41,264 nucleotides of DNA from an uncultured Anaerolinea sp. (GTDB taxonomy: Bacteria > Chloroflexota > Anaerolineae > Anaerolineales > Villigracilaceae), in contig CAZYLM010000002.1 of assembly GCA_964648645.1 (NCBI GenBank), positions 1-41,264 of the forward strand. Reading direction: 5' to 3'. Shown here in pieces: positions 1 through 8,487 of the stretch. Position 1 is the stretch's first letter; every line of letters begins with the position of its first letter. The notes beneath the pieces are model-generated. The model was given only the letters and a program-made list of their open reading frames with translations, was not told where the DNA came from and searched no databases. Both the position numbers and the translations under genes were made by a program.

Positions 1-550
1 TAAATTTTGGAAAGGCAAGTATCCATCTACTGTGACGCAATTCGTCGCTGGCGGCTCCGATGAAAGCGACCTCGAATTGCTCAATACCACTCAATGGCTA
101 ATGAAGAACGTCCACCTCAAACGCGCGTATTTCTCCGCCTTCCACCCCATCCGAGATACGCCGCTCGAAAACAAACCCGCCGTGGACCCCATGCGCGAAC
201 ATCGACTGTATCAAGCCTCTTTCCTCATGCGCGATTATGGGTTTGAACTCGAGGACCTGCCCTTTACTTCGGATGAAAACCTCCCGCTTCACACGGACCC
301 GAAGTTGGCGTGGGCGCAGTTGAATTTGATCCACGCCCCGGTCGAAGTCAACCGAGCCGAACGCCGCGAATTAATTCGTGTCCCTGGCATCGGAATAAAA
401 GGCGCTGAAGCCATCATCTCCGCACGCAGACTCGGCAGGCTGCGTGACATCTCATCATTGAAAAAACTTGGTGTCATCGCCGAACGCGCCGCCCCCTATG
501 TCCTGTTGGATGGACGCAGGGAAGCTGCACAGTTGAATCTTTTTGCATGA
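1..550 (+). CDS. Putative DNA modification/repair radical SAM protein with C-terminal helix-hairpin-helix (5'-truncated by window edge)
   Basis: Frame is open from position 2 (KFWKGKYPSTVTQFVAGGSDESD). Motifs RAYFSAF, REHRLYQASFLMRDYGF, DPKLAWA and the HhH segment LIRVPGIGIKGAEAII resemble the TIGR03916-type family. The CxxxCxxC motif would lie upstream of the window. Confidence 0.8.
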   Translation, partial: KFWKGKYPSTVTQFVAGGSDESDLELLNTTQWLMKNVHLKRAYFSAFHPIRDTPLENKPAVDPMREHRLYQASFLMRDYGFELEDLPFTSDENLPLHTDPKLAWAQLNLIHAPVEVNRAERRELIRVPGIGIKGAEAIISARRLGRLRDISSLKKLGVIAERAAPYVLLDGRREAAQLNLFA

Positions 551-567
551 AATATCCTTCGCGTTGC

Positions 568-600
568 AGCATCATCAACATTTTTGTTGATGATGCTTTT
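568..600 (+). terminator. Rho-independent terminator
   Basis: 13-bp perfect stem AGCATCATCAACA/TGTTGATGATGCT with a TTTT loop and a short T tail, 17 nt after the stop at 550. Confidence 0.7.
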
Positions 601-653
601 GATTCAGATATTCGTATGTATTCTTAAAATTTTCAGATTGGCATCTATTAACC

Positions 654-681
654 TTGCAATTGACCTCGTTATGTATATACT
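654..681 (+). promoter_or_regulatory. Candidate sigma70 promoter for the SET gene
   Basis: TTGCAA (654-659), 16 nt spacer, TATACT (676-681) in an AT-rich intergenic region. RBS AAGGAG at about 714-719. Confidence 0.4.
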
Positions 682-725
682 AAGTCTAATGGATTATCGT
701 TAGGCAGTATGAAAAGGAGATACGA

Positions 726-1217
726 ATGACATCAACAAACATGATGGAAAAGTTATCCATCAAAACCGAAAACAAGTTCCGTACATTGACAACAAAACAA
801 AGTTACAAGAAGGGCGATATCATCTGCGCCATCCCCAGTGAAGATGTACGCGACAAACCCAACCGCTTTACCGTGCAGATCGGGCACGACAAACACACCC
901 ATGTCGGCAAACTTGCGGCATTGAATCATTCCTGCGATCCGAATGTGATCCTCGACACCGAAAACATGGAGATGGTCGCCGCCCGCGATATCGAAAAGGG
1001 GGAAGAACTTTACTTCTTCTACCCCTCCACCGAATGGCAAATGGACGCGCCATTCATCTGTTTGTGCGGTTCTGCAAACTGCATCAACGTCGTGGCAGGC
1101 GCACGTTTCCTTCCGCTTTCAACTCTTGAGCGTCACTATCTCAATCCTCACATTCGCGATATGATGATCGAACTTTTGCAAAATACCAAGCAGAATCTCG
1201 AAAAGCTCAAGGCCTGA
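726..1217 (+). CDS. SET domain protein (putative protein-lysine N-methyltransferase) with post-SET Cys motif
   Basis: LNHSCDPN, ARDIEKGEELYFFY and post-SET CLCGSANC motifs; good RBS. Confidence 0.9.
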   Translation: MTSTNMMEKLSIKTENKFRTLTTKQSYKKGDIICAIPSEDVRDKPNRFTVQIGHDKHTHVGKLAALNHSCDPNVILDTENMEMVAARDIEKGEELYFFYPSTEWQMDAPFICLCGSANCINVVAGARFLPLSTLERHYLNPHIRDMMIELLQNTKQNLEKLKA

Positions 1218-1227
1218 AATTTAAAAG

Positions 1228-1261
1228 AAAACTTCCGAAGACAACTGGTTCGGAAGTTTTT
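1228..1261. terminator. Bidirectional Rho-independent terminator
   Basis: AAAACTTCCGAA...TTCGGAAGTTTT inverted repeat with A and T tracts, between convergent genes. Confidence 0.75.
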
Positions 1262-1302
1262 GTATATCAAGGAGTCAAAAGTCTGAAGTTGTTGGACTCC
1301 AC

Positions 1303-1725
1303 CTACAACTTTTGGTGCAACGCCAGCAATTTATAAGCACTCGACCACGGCGTGCCGAGGCGGTGATTATCAGAAACCTCGATTTTGCTGAATTTCTGGG
1401 CAATTGAAGGCAGCATGGTGGCGATCGTTGCCCAATCATCGGCGAGCACAGCCGTCTTCATTTTTTCGGCATATTGCCCCGCCCACATCCATTCCATTCG
1501 AAATTTATCGGCTTTTACCCAGTAATCGCGCTTCTCCCACGCTGCCACTGAAGAATCGATCCCCTCGGTGATAGCTTGTAATGCCAGTGCAATAAATGCC
1601 GCCTGGTCTTTGGCTTCAGGCGTTACCTGACTTTGCTTTGCCAGCCCCCGAATGCAAAGAACAATGGATTTGGACAAACGGGTTCTTTCTTTTCCTACAG
1701 AATCGGTATTGATTAGTCGGCTCAC
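1303..1725 (-). CDS. Hypothetical helical protein
   Basis: ORF 1303-1743. GTG at 1725 (MSRLINTDS) is preceded by a GGGAG RBS. Trp-rich motif AWEKRDYWVKADKFRMEWMWA; no family recognised. Confidence 0.7.
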   Translation of the reverse strand: MSRLINTDSVGKERTRLSKSIVLCIRGLAKQSQVTPEAKDQAAFIALALQAITEGIDSSVAAWEKRDYWVKADKFRMEWMWAGQYAEKMKTAVLADDWATIATMLPSIAQKFSKIEVSDNHRLGTPWSSAYKLLALHQKL

Positions 1726-1804
1726 AACAGTTCTCCCGGTCAAAATACAATCGCGCGATTATACCGCCAGATTTTATTTCTTCGGATAAAATATCGCGGC
1801 AAAT

Positions 1805-2428
1805 ATGACACACCCCATCAACGCCATCATTTTTGACCTCGGCAATGTCCTCATCGGTTGGGATGCCCATCTTCTCTACAGACGTTATTTTTCAGATCGC
1901 GAAGCGACAAACCGGTTTCTCGAAGAGATCCGCTTTATGGAATGGAATGCCCATCAGGATGCCGGACGGTCCTTCAAGGACGGGGTCGCCGATTTATCCC
2001 GGCAGTTTCCCCAATACAAGGACCTGATCCAGGCGTATGATACCTATTGGGAGGAAAGCCTCACCGAACCTTACTATGAGACCATCGAGATCGTCCACGC
2101 CTTGAAAAATGCGGGCTGGCCGCTGTATATGCTTAGCAATTTCTCCATGGAGAAGTTCAAGCTTATCGAACACAAATATCCGGTCTTTGGGTGGTTCGAC
2201 GATAAGATCATCTCAGGGGAGCATAAGGTCGTAAAACCGGCACCTGAGATCTTCAATATTACACTTCAACGGATCGGACGAGATTCGAAAGAATGCCTTT
2301 TCATCGATGATTCGTTGCCAAATATCGAAACTGCTGACCGCTTGGGATTTCAAACTCTCCACTTTCACTCCCCCACCCAGCTCAAGGACGAATTGATTAA
2401 ACTCAATATCAAAGGAATAACGTTATGA
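1805..2428 (+). CDS. HAD-superfamily (subfamily IA) phosphatase/hydrolase
   Basis: Motif I IFDLGNVL, motif II LSN, KPAPEIF and motif IV LFIDD. Confidence 0.9.
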   Translation: MTHPINAIIFDLGNVLIGWDAHLLYRRYFSDREATNRFLEEIRFMEWNAHQDAGRSFKDGVADLSRQFPQYKDLIQAYDTYWEESLTEPYYETIEIVHALKNAGWPLYMLSNFSMEKFKLIEHKYPVFGWFDDKIISGEHKVVKPAPEIFNITLQRIGRDSKECLFIDDSLPNIETADRLGFQTLHFHSPTQLKDELIKLNIKGITL

Positions 2429-3462
2429 CAGGCAATCTGCAGCAGGAAATGCTGGAAGCGATAGAGACAGAATTGAAACGACAGGTGGGGCGACTCGACC
2501 AACCGCGTACAAAACCTTTCCACGAGATGTTGACCTATCACATGGGTTGGACGGGTGAAGGCGCTGGTCCACTGGCGACAGGAAAACGAATTCGACCGTT
2601 GATTACATTGTTGTCCGTTGCTTCTATTTTTGGCGAAGGTCAAGGGGGAGAGCTGGATCGTAAATGGCTACACGCAGTTTCAATGGCAGCGGCAATTGAA
2701 TTAGTCCATAACTTCTCCCTAGTCCATGATGACATTCAGGATAACTCTGAGTTGAGGCGTGGCAGAAGAACTACCTGGGTCAAATGGGGCGCGCCAATGG
2801 CGATCAACGTTGGCGACGCGTTATTTGTCATTGCCAATCAATCTACACTGGATCTGCAAGCCCATTATCCTGCAGATATGGTTTTGCGATCCGCAAGCAT
2901 TTTGAATGCTTGTTGTCTTGCTCTCACACAAGGTCAATATCTTGATATGTCTTATGAAGAACGAGACGATCTGAAATTGGAAGATTATTGGCCTATGATC
3001 GGAGGAAAGACCTCTGCCCTACTCTCCGTATGCACCCAGGTAGGTGCCATTCTTGGCTACGCGAATGACAAGAAGGTCGAGCTGTACAGCCAATTTGGCT
3101 ATACCCTTGGACTGGCATTTCAAGTCCAAGACGATATCCTTGGGATTTGGGGTGACGAAGCTCTGACAGGAAAGTCCGCTGCCAGCGACTTGGTGGAAGG
3201 AAAGAACTCACTTCCCGTTTTGTATGCTTTGGAGAAGAACGGTAATTTCGCAAAGCGCTGGCGCCAGGGACCGATCACCCCGGAAGAAGTCGGCGAAGTA
3301 GCTGCCATCCTAGAGAATGAAGGCGGAAGAGAATACGCCGATAAAATGTCCAATGAGCTGACAGGGAAGGCGCTTGGATACCTCGATCAGGCGGACCCCC
3401 AGGGGGATGCTGGAGATGCGATCCGCGGGCTGGCGAATATGCTCCTGAAACGCAAGCAGTAA
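2425..3462 (+). CDS. Polyprenyl diphosphate synthase (GGPP synthase/IdsA-like)
   Basis: GKRIRP, FARM HDDIQD..RRG, GQYLD, KT and FQVQDDILG motifs; ATGA overlap with the HAD gene. Confidence 0.93.
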   Translation: MTGNLQQEMLEAIETELKRQVGRLDQPRTKPFHEMLTYHMGWTGEGAGPLATGKRIRPLITLLSVASIFGEGQGGELDRKWLHAVSMAAAIELVHNFSLVHDDIQDNSELRRGRRTTWVKWGAPMAINVGDALFVIANQSTLDLQAHYPADMVLRSASILNACCLALTQGQYLDMSYEERDDLKLEDYWPMIGGKTSALLSVCTQVGAILGYANDKKVELYSQFGYTLGLAFQVQDDILGIWGDEALTGKSAASDLVEGKNSLPVLYALEKNGNFAKRWRQGPITPEEVGEVAAILENEGGREYADKMSNELTGKALGYLDQADPQGDAGDAIRGLANMLLKRKQ

Positions 3463-3505
3463 CGGGTCCGGGTTGACCCGTTGACCAGGGATTTCGCCAT
3501 CAGGC

Positions 3506-3535
3506 TTGACATGACTTTTCAGCGTGCCGTATAAT
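3506..3535 (+). promoter_or_regulatory. Consensus sigma70 promoter of tRNA-Gly
   Basis: Perfect TTGACA (3506-3511), 18 nt spacer, TATAAT (3530-3535), 14 nt upstream of the tRNA. Confidence 0.85.
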
Positions 3536-3549
3536 CCCCCATCGTTCAA

Positions 3550-3621
3550 GCGGGTGTAGTTCAGTGGTAGAACGCTTGCTTCCCAAGCAAGATATCGTGG
3601 GTTCGAGTCCCATCACCCGCT
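3550..3621 (+). tRNA. tRNA-Gly (anticodon CCC), CCA not encoded
   Basis: Acceptor stem GCGGGTG/CACCCGC, D arm GTTC-AGTGGTA-GAAC, anticodon arm CTTGC-TTCCCAA-GCAAG, T arm GTGGG-TTCGAGT-CCCAT, discriminator T. Confidence 0.97.
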
Positions 3622-3622
3622 C

Positions 3623-3651
3623 AGCCGAGGGATATCATCCCCCGGCTTTTT
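3623..3651 (+). terminator. Terminator of tRNA-Gly
   Basis: AGCCGAGGG...CCCCCGGCT hairpin followed by a T run. Confidence 0.7.
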
Positions 3652-3655
3652 GTTA

Positions 3656-3664
3656 TGCTATACT
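3656..3664 (+). promoter_or_regulatory. Candidate extended -10 promoter for the large signalling operon
   Basis: TGcTATACT (TGn plus -10) directly after the tRNA terminator, about 75 nt before the first receiver gene. Confidence 0.4.
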
Positions 3665-3738
3665 ATTTGCAAGTTGTAAGGTAGCTGTCATGGATACCCC
3701 TCCGCAGTAAAGTAAAATTTCGCGTGGAGAAAGTTGAA

Positions 3739-4128
3739 ATGACAACAGGAAAAGCTACCATCCTTTATGTTGAAGATAATCCCGATAACCGCAATCTTGT
3801 CCGCCGCGTTCTTAATGCGGAAGGATACGCAGTCGTGGAGGCTTCACACGCTGAGAATGCAATCCAAAAACTCGCACAGGAAAAAATCGATCTGATCCTG
3901 ATGGACATCAACATGCCCGACATGGACGGTTACACCTTAACCGCTAGGATCCGAAACATGGAAAACCACGCAAATATCCCGATCGTGGCAGTGACGGCAA
4001 ATGTAATGCGCGGAGACCGGGAGAAATCACTCGAGGCAGGCTGCGATGGGTATATTCAAAAACCCATAGACATCGATATGCTTGCTCATCAGATCGAACG
4101 CTTCCTAACAAGGAGATCCAATGCCTGA
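3739..4128 (+). CDS. Single-domain response regulator, DivK-like
   Basis: ILYVEDN, DLILMDINMP (phospho-Asp), PIVAVTA and GDREKSLEAGCDGYIQKPID. ATG 3739 has a GGAG RBS (the ORF track starts at GTG 3724). Confidence 0.93.
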   Translation: MTTGKATILYVEDNPDNRNLVRRVLNAEGYAVVEASHAENAIQKLAQEKIDLILMDINMPDMDGYTLTARIRNMENHANIPIVAVTANVMRGDREKSLEAGCDGYIQKPIDIDMLAHQIERFLTRRSNA

Positions 4129-4579
4129 ACAAGATCCAACCCCTGCCGTTTCCGACACTCAACCGATTCGCAAAGCAAGCATACCAAAAGACGCGGCTGT
4201 CCTGGTCGTGGAGGACAACGTTTCGAATTTCGTTCTAATCGCCAGAATGCTTGGCTATTTAGGCATTCACTGCGAATGGAAGACCTCCGGATATGAAGTG
4301 GTGGAGTACGCAGATACACTCCCGCGGTTGGATCTGATCTTGATGGATATCCGATTACCATATGAAGATGGCTATGGTGCGCTAAAGAAAATCCGCGCAT
4401 CAGAACGTTTTAAGTCCGTGCCGATCGTTGCAGTCACCGCAGAAGCCAGCCAGGAACAAATGAACAAGGCGAAGGATTCCGGCTTTGACGGCTTTTTAGG
4501 GAAGCCTCTCGACCCAGACCGATTCCCGGACCAGATTCGGCGAATTCTGAACGGAGAACCTGTCTGGGAGTTTAGTTAG
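4121..4579 (+). CDS. Single-domain response regulator with short N-terminal extension
   Basis: VLVVEDN, DLILMDIRLP, PIVAVTA and GFLGKPLD; overlaps the previous stop by 8 nt. Confidence 0.92.
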   Translation: MPEQDPTPAVSDTQPIRKASIPKDAAVLVVEDNVSNFVLIARMLGYLGIHCEWKTSGYEVVEYADTLPRLDLILMDIRLPYEDGYGALKKIRASERFKSVPIVAVTAEASQEQMNKAKDSGFDGFLGKPLDPDRFPDQIRRILNGEPVWEFS

Positions 4580-4599
4580 TAGAACCACAAATTCAACGA

Positions 4600-7500
4600 A
4601 TGACAAACCGTGCGGCGCCGACTCTTCGTGAAACACAAAAAGGCAGGTTCAAGGGCAGCCTAACCAACACACTCGTCAGGACGCTCTTGATCTTTACGTT
4701 TATTCCACTTGCCTTGATGGCAGGCGTTGCTTACCTCCGCGCAAGGAGCCTGCTCCGCGACCAGGCAAATGCCCAATTAGAGAGCCTGCTTTCCAATCAA
4801 GTGGATGTTGTCCGCAAAAGTGTCGAGGCAAGAGAAAAAAAGCTGGAATCGCAGATCGAGGGACATGATACTGCCGTCTTGATCGAGACCGCTTTGCACG
4901 CAAACCCGCAAAACGACCAATTCAAATCCATCCGCAAATCCTTTCTGGACATCCTCCCAAAAGGATCTGGGGAGACGCAAAGCCGATTTGAAGATTATCT
5001 ATTAATTGATCCAGATGGTGTCGTACTAATTGCGACAAGGGAGGAATGGCAAGGCATTTCCTTTGACCCGAACATGTTCGATTTCGAGAACAGCGGTTCC
5101 ATATTGATCCACGATCTCCCTCCTTTTGAAGCAGAAGATGCAATCTTGATGACGGCAGTCAACTATGAAACCCCCCGTGGTGGATCGGTCCTCGGCATTA
5201 TCGTAGGGGTGACTGGAAGTCAGGGCGTGAAAGAACTACTGGATCCACTAAATAGTCTCGCGCCGTATGCCAACTCATACTTTGCACTGCCTGATGGCCA
5301 TTTATTCGTTTTCGATGCCACCAATGATCTTCTCTCTCACACAGCCTTGGTTCCTTCATCTGAAAAGCTGCTTCGCTCCCAATTGGAAGAGGCAAAACGT
5401 ACCGGCGTCGGCTCTCCCATAGATGTGGAATTGGAATTTGAATCCGGGTCGGGTGTCATTGCCCAGGTAATTTGGTTGCCTTTCCTCAATAGCGGGGTCG
5501 TCCTTGCTGTCGACTCCAATATCGTGTTCGACCGTGTGGACAGCCTTGCGCCATTCACCTTGTTCCTCGTTCTGGGCACCATCGGCGCAATGGGGCTAAT
5601 TCTTTATTATGGAACGAACCGAATCATCAAGCCGCTGCAAACCCTCTCAGCGATTACGAGGAAATTTGCAGAAGGAGATACAAGCCTGCGGGCTGATGTC
5701 TCAAAATCCAACGACGAGATTTCGCAGCTTTCGCAATCCTTCAATTATCTTGCCGACCAGATCGAAGACTATGTCAGGTCGCTTGAAAACAAGGTAAATG
5801 AACGCACCTTGCAGATCCAAACAGCGGCGGAGGTGGCACAAAATGTAACAGCAATTGCCGACCTCGATCGGCTGCTGAATAAAACCACGGAACTGCTCGT
5901 TCAACAATTCGGCTTCTATCAAGCCAGTATATTTTTGATAGATCGCAGCGGAAAAAATATCGACTTCAAAAGCGGGTTTGGTTCAGCAACACACAAGCTG
6001 GTCGGAGATAACTACAGTCTTCCGGTCGGTTCAAAATCGATCATTGGCTGGGTAGCTGATAATAATCAGGTGCGGGTGGCATCCGATGTAACAGAAGATC
6101 CGCTTCATCTTAAAAACGAACTGCTTCCTGAAACGCGTTCGGAAGCCTGCGTGCCCATTCCCTTGGGTAATCAGGTTCTCGGTGTTGTGGATGTACAAAG
6201 TACCCAAGCAGGCGCGTTCAGTTCGGATTCCATCCTCATGCTTAAAACCCTTGCCAGCCAGCTGGCAGCTGCCATCCAGACGGCGAGGTTGATTGAGTCG
6301 AGTCAGGTAAATTTCCAGGAGTTGGACCGTCTCTATCGGGCAAGCCGGATGATCGCAGAAGCCAATGACAAAGGGGAAGTTCTGCACGTGGGAGGATTGA
6401 TCTTAAAGAGTGCCCCCTACCCTGCCATACTTTTTCAGGTATCCGAAACCCTCTTAAAGGCTGTTTCAGTTTCCGAAAGTATTGAGAACGATACACCACG
6501 GACGTGGACAAGCGATGGCATTTCATCAAATCGGCAGCGATTGGAATCCTATCTTTCGCGTGGATCGATGACCGCCACCAGCACCAGCGCTGATCTACCT
6601 TCCTCTTTCAAGGAAATTTTACGCTCCCTGGGGCTCAATAAATGCGTCTTCCTCCCCATCAATGGGAGAGAAACGGTCGAAGCTGTAATGCTTATCGGCT
6701 CCAGGCAGCAGGATATCTTAAGCGCTGCAATACAGCCGTATGAAAACCTGGCGGACTTAATGTCGATCGCGATCCAACGAGCAAATGCCATCGCTGATAC
6801 CGAAAGGCATCTGAATGAAGTTGCATCGCTGGCATCAATCAATGAGATCAGCACTTCCATCTCCGACATTCAGGGCTTTTTCCTTGCTTTGCATGCAAAG
6901 ATCCAACAGATCATTGGCGATTACAATCTGATCGTTGCGATCTACGATAAAAATTCAAACTCTATCCGCATTCCGTTCTCATACGAAAACAAAAAAGTCC
7001 TTTCCATTCCTGCATTTCCGCTCGGCGAAGGCCTGACTTCAATTCTCATCCGGACCAGGCAACCCTTGCTGTTGGTCAAAGACACTGAACGTAAAGCGGA
7101 AGAGCTTGGTGCAAAGATCGTAGGCAAACCTGCAAAATCGTGGATGGGAGCTCCAATGCTTATTCAGGGCGAACCCGTCGGAGCGATCATCATCCAGGAT
7201 CAGGAACGCGAGGAGGCATTCAACGAGAATGACCTGAAATTCTTTACCACTGTCGCAAACCAAGTGGCGGGTGTGATCAAAAATGTGGACCTTCTCGAGG
7301 AAAGCAAACGGAAGGCATTACAACTTGAAACCGCCGCCGAGATCGCCCGGGATATCAGCGGTTCACTCAACTTGGATGAATTGCTATCAAAGGCAGTTAA
7401 TTTGATTCGGGAGCGCTTCGATTTCTATCACGCTGCCATCTTCCTGTTGGATCTACCGGGTGAGTTCGCCATCATTCGCGAAGCAACAGGCGATGCCGGC

Positions 7501-8487
7501 GCACAATTGAAAAGACAGGGGTACAAGATCGGAGTGGGGTCCAAATCCATTGTGGGTTACGTCACAGGGAAGGGCGAGGCGTTGGTTGTAAGCGATACAA
7601 CCAAGGATGTCACCTATTATTCCAACCCGCTTCTTCCCGACACAAGAGCAGAAGCCGCCATCCCTTTGCGTATCGGGGATCGGATTCTTGGTGCCCTTGA
7701 CGTACAGAGCGTTCAGCCTTTTTCGTTCCACGAAGATAATCTGCGAAGCCTGCAAATACTTGCTGATCAACTTGCTGTGGCGGTCGAGAACACCGAGCTA
7801 TTCGCAGAAACGCAGGAGCATTTATCGCAGCACCGGCTGCTTCATCACATTACTTCATCTGCGGCATCTGGGACAACACTCGAAGAAGCGCTCGACAGTG
7901 CTGCCAATGGTTTGCAGGTTACCTTGGGCGGCGATCGAGTGATGATCCTACTTGTCGACAAAAGCAGGAAACAGCTTGAAGTAAAGGCATCGATCGGGTA
8001 CGCAGAAGACATCAGTTCCATGACATTCGAGGTCGGAACGGGAGTGACCGGTTGGGTGGCGGCTCATCGCCGTCCATTGCGGATTGGCAACGTGAGAGAA
8101 GACCCGCGGTATATTCAGATTAGCATCAACACCAGATCCGAGATGGCTATCCCTTTGATTTACCGAAACGAACTTCTCGGTGTCATCAATGTCGAGAGCG
8201 AACAGACGGATGCCTACTCAGAAAACGATGAGGAAATGCTCGGCACTTTGGGAGGCAGCCTTGCCGCTGTGATCGCCAACGCGAGACTTGTGGAGCAGAT
8301 CCGGGCACAGTCTGACCGGGAGCGGTTGATCAATGAGATCACAGACAAGATCCGCAGGTCGACCGATATTCAGTCCATTCTCCATACAACGGCAAGTGAA
8401 ATCAGCAGAGTGACAGGCGCTCGATATACGCGTATCAACGTTATCCCGACCGCAGGTTCGGACGACAAGGATAAGGATTTCGAATGA
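4600..8487 (+). CDS. Membrane sensor 1: TM-Cache-like-TM-HAMP-5xGAF plus C-terminal GAF N-half tail; no catalytic output
   Basis: Two TM segments flank a ~270 aa extracytoplasmic region. HAMP (IIKPLQTL...DEISQLSQSFN), then five GAF repeats (e.g. LPETRSEACVPI, LPDTRAEAAIPL), one of them degenerate. No H-box, GGDEF or other output. Confidence 0.88.
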   Translation: MTNRAAPTLRETQKGRFKGSLTNTLVRTLLIFTFIPLALMAGVAYLRARSLLRDQANAQLESLLSNQVDVVRKSVEAREKKLESQIEGHDTAVLIETALHANPQNDQFKSIRKSFLDILPKGSGETQSRFEDYLLIDPDGVVLIATREEWQGISFDPNMFDFENSGSILIHDLPPFEAEDAILMTAVNYETPRGGSVLGIIVGVTGSQGVKELLDPLNSLAPYANSYFALPDGHLFVFDATNDLLSHTALVPSSEKLLRSQLEEAKRTGVGSPIDVELEFESGSGVIAQVIWLPFLNSGVVLAVDSNIVFDRVDSLAPFTLFLVLGTIGAMGLILYYGTNRIIKPLQTLSAITRKFAEGDTSLRADVSKSNDEISQLSQSFNYLADQIEDYVRSLENKVNERTLQIQTAAEVAQNVTAIADLDRLLNKTTELLVQQFGFYQASIFLIDRSGKNIDFKSGFGSATHKLVGDNYSLPVGSKSIIGWVADNNQVRVASDVTEDPLHLKNELLPETRSEACVPIPLGNQVLGVVDVQSTQAGAFSSDSILMLKTLASQLAAAIQTARLIESSQVNFQELDRLYRASRMIAEANDKGEVLHVGGLILKSAPYPAILFQVSETLLKAVSVSESIENDTPRTWTSDGISSNRQRLESYLSRGSMTATSTSADLPSSFKEILRSLGLNKCVFLPINGRETVEAVMLIGSRQQDILSAAIQPYENLADLMSIAIQRANAIADTERHLNEVASLASINEISTSISDIQGFFLALHAKIQQIIGDYNLIVAIYDKNSNSIRIPFSYENKKVLSIPAFPLGEGLTSILIRTRQPLLLVKDTERKAEELGAKIVGKPAKSWMGAPMLIQGEPVGAIIIQDQEREEAFNENDLKFFTTVANQVAGVIKNVDLLEESKRKALQLETAAEIARDISGSLNLDELLSKAVNLIRERFDFYHAAIFLLDLPGEFAIIREATGDAGAQLKRQGYKIGVGSKSIVGYVTGKGEALVVSDTTKDVTYYSNPLLPDTRAEAAIPLRIGDRILGALDVQSVQPFSFHEDNLRSLQILADQLAVAVENTELFAETQEHLSQHRLLHHITSSAASGTTLEEALDSAANGLQVTLGGDRVMILLVDKSRKQLEVKASIGYAEDISSMTFEVGTGVTGWVAAHRRPLRIGNVREDPRYIQISINTRSEMAIPLIYRNELLGVINVESEQTDAYSENDEEMLGTLGGSLAAVIANARLVEQIRAQSDRERLINEITDKIRRSTDIQSILHTTASEISRVTGARYTRINVIPTAGSDDKDKDFE

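Noticed and set aside
4624-4636. CGTGAAACA as a parS site
   Set aside because: Only a half-site inside a coding region; the palindromic left arm is missing.
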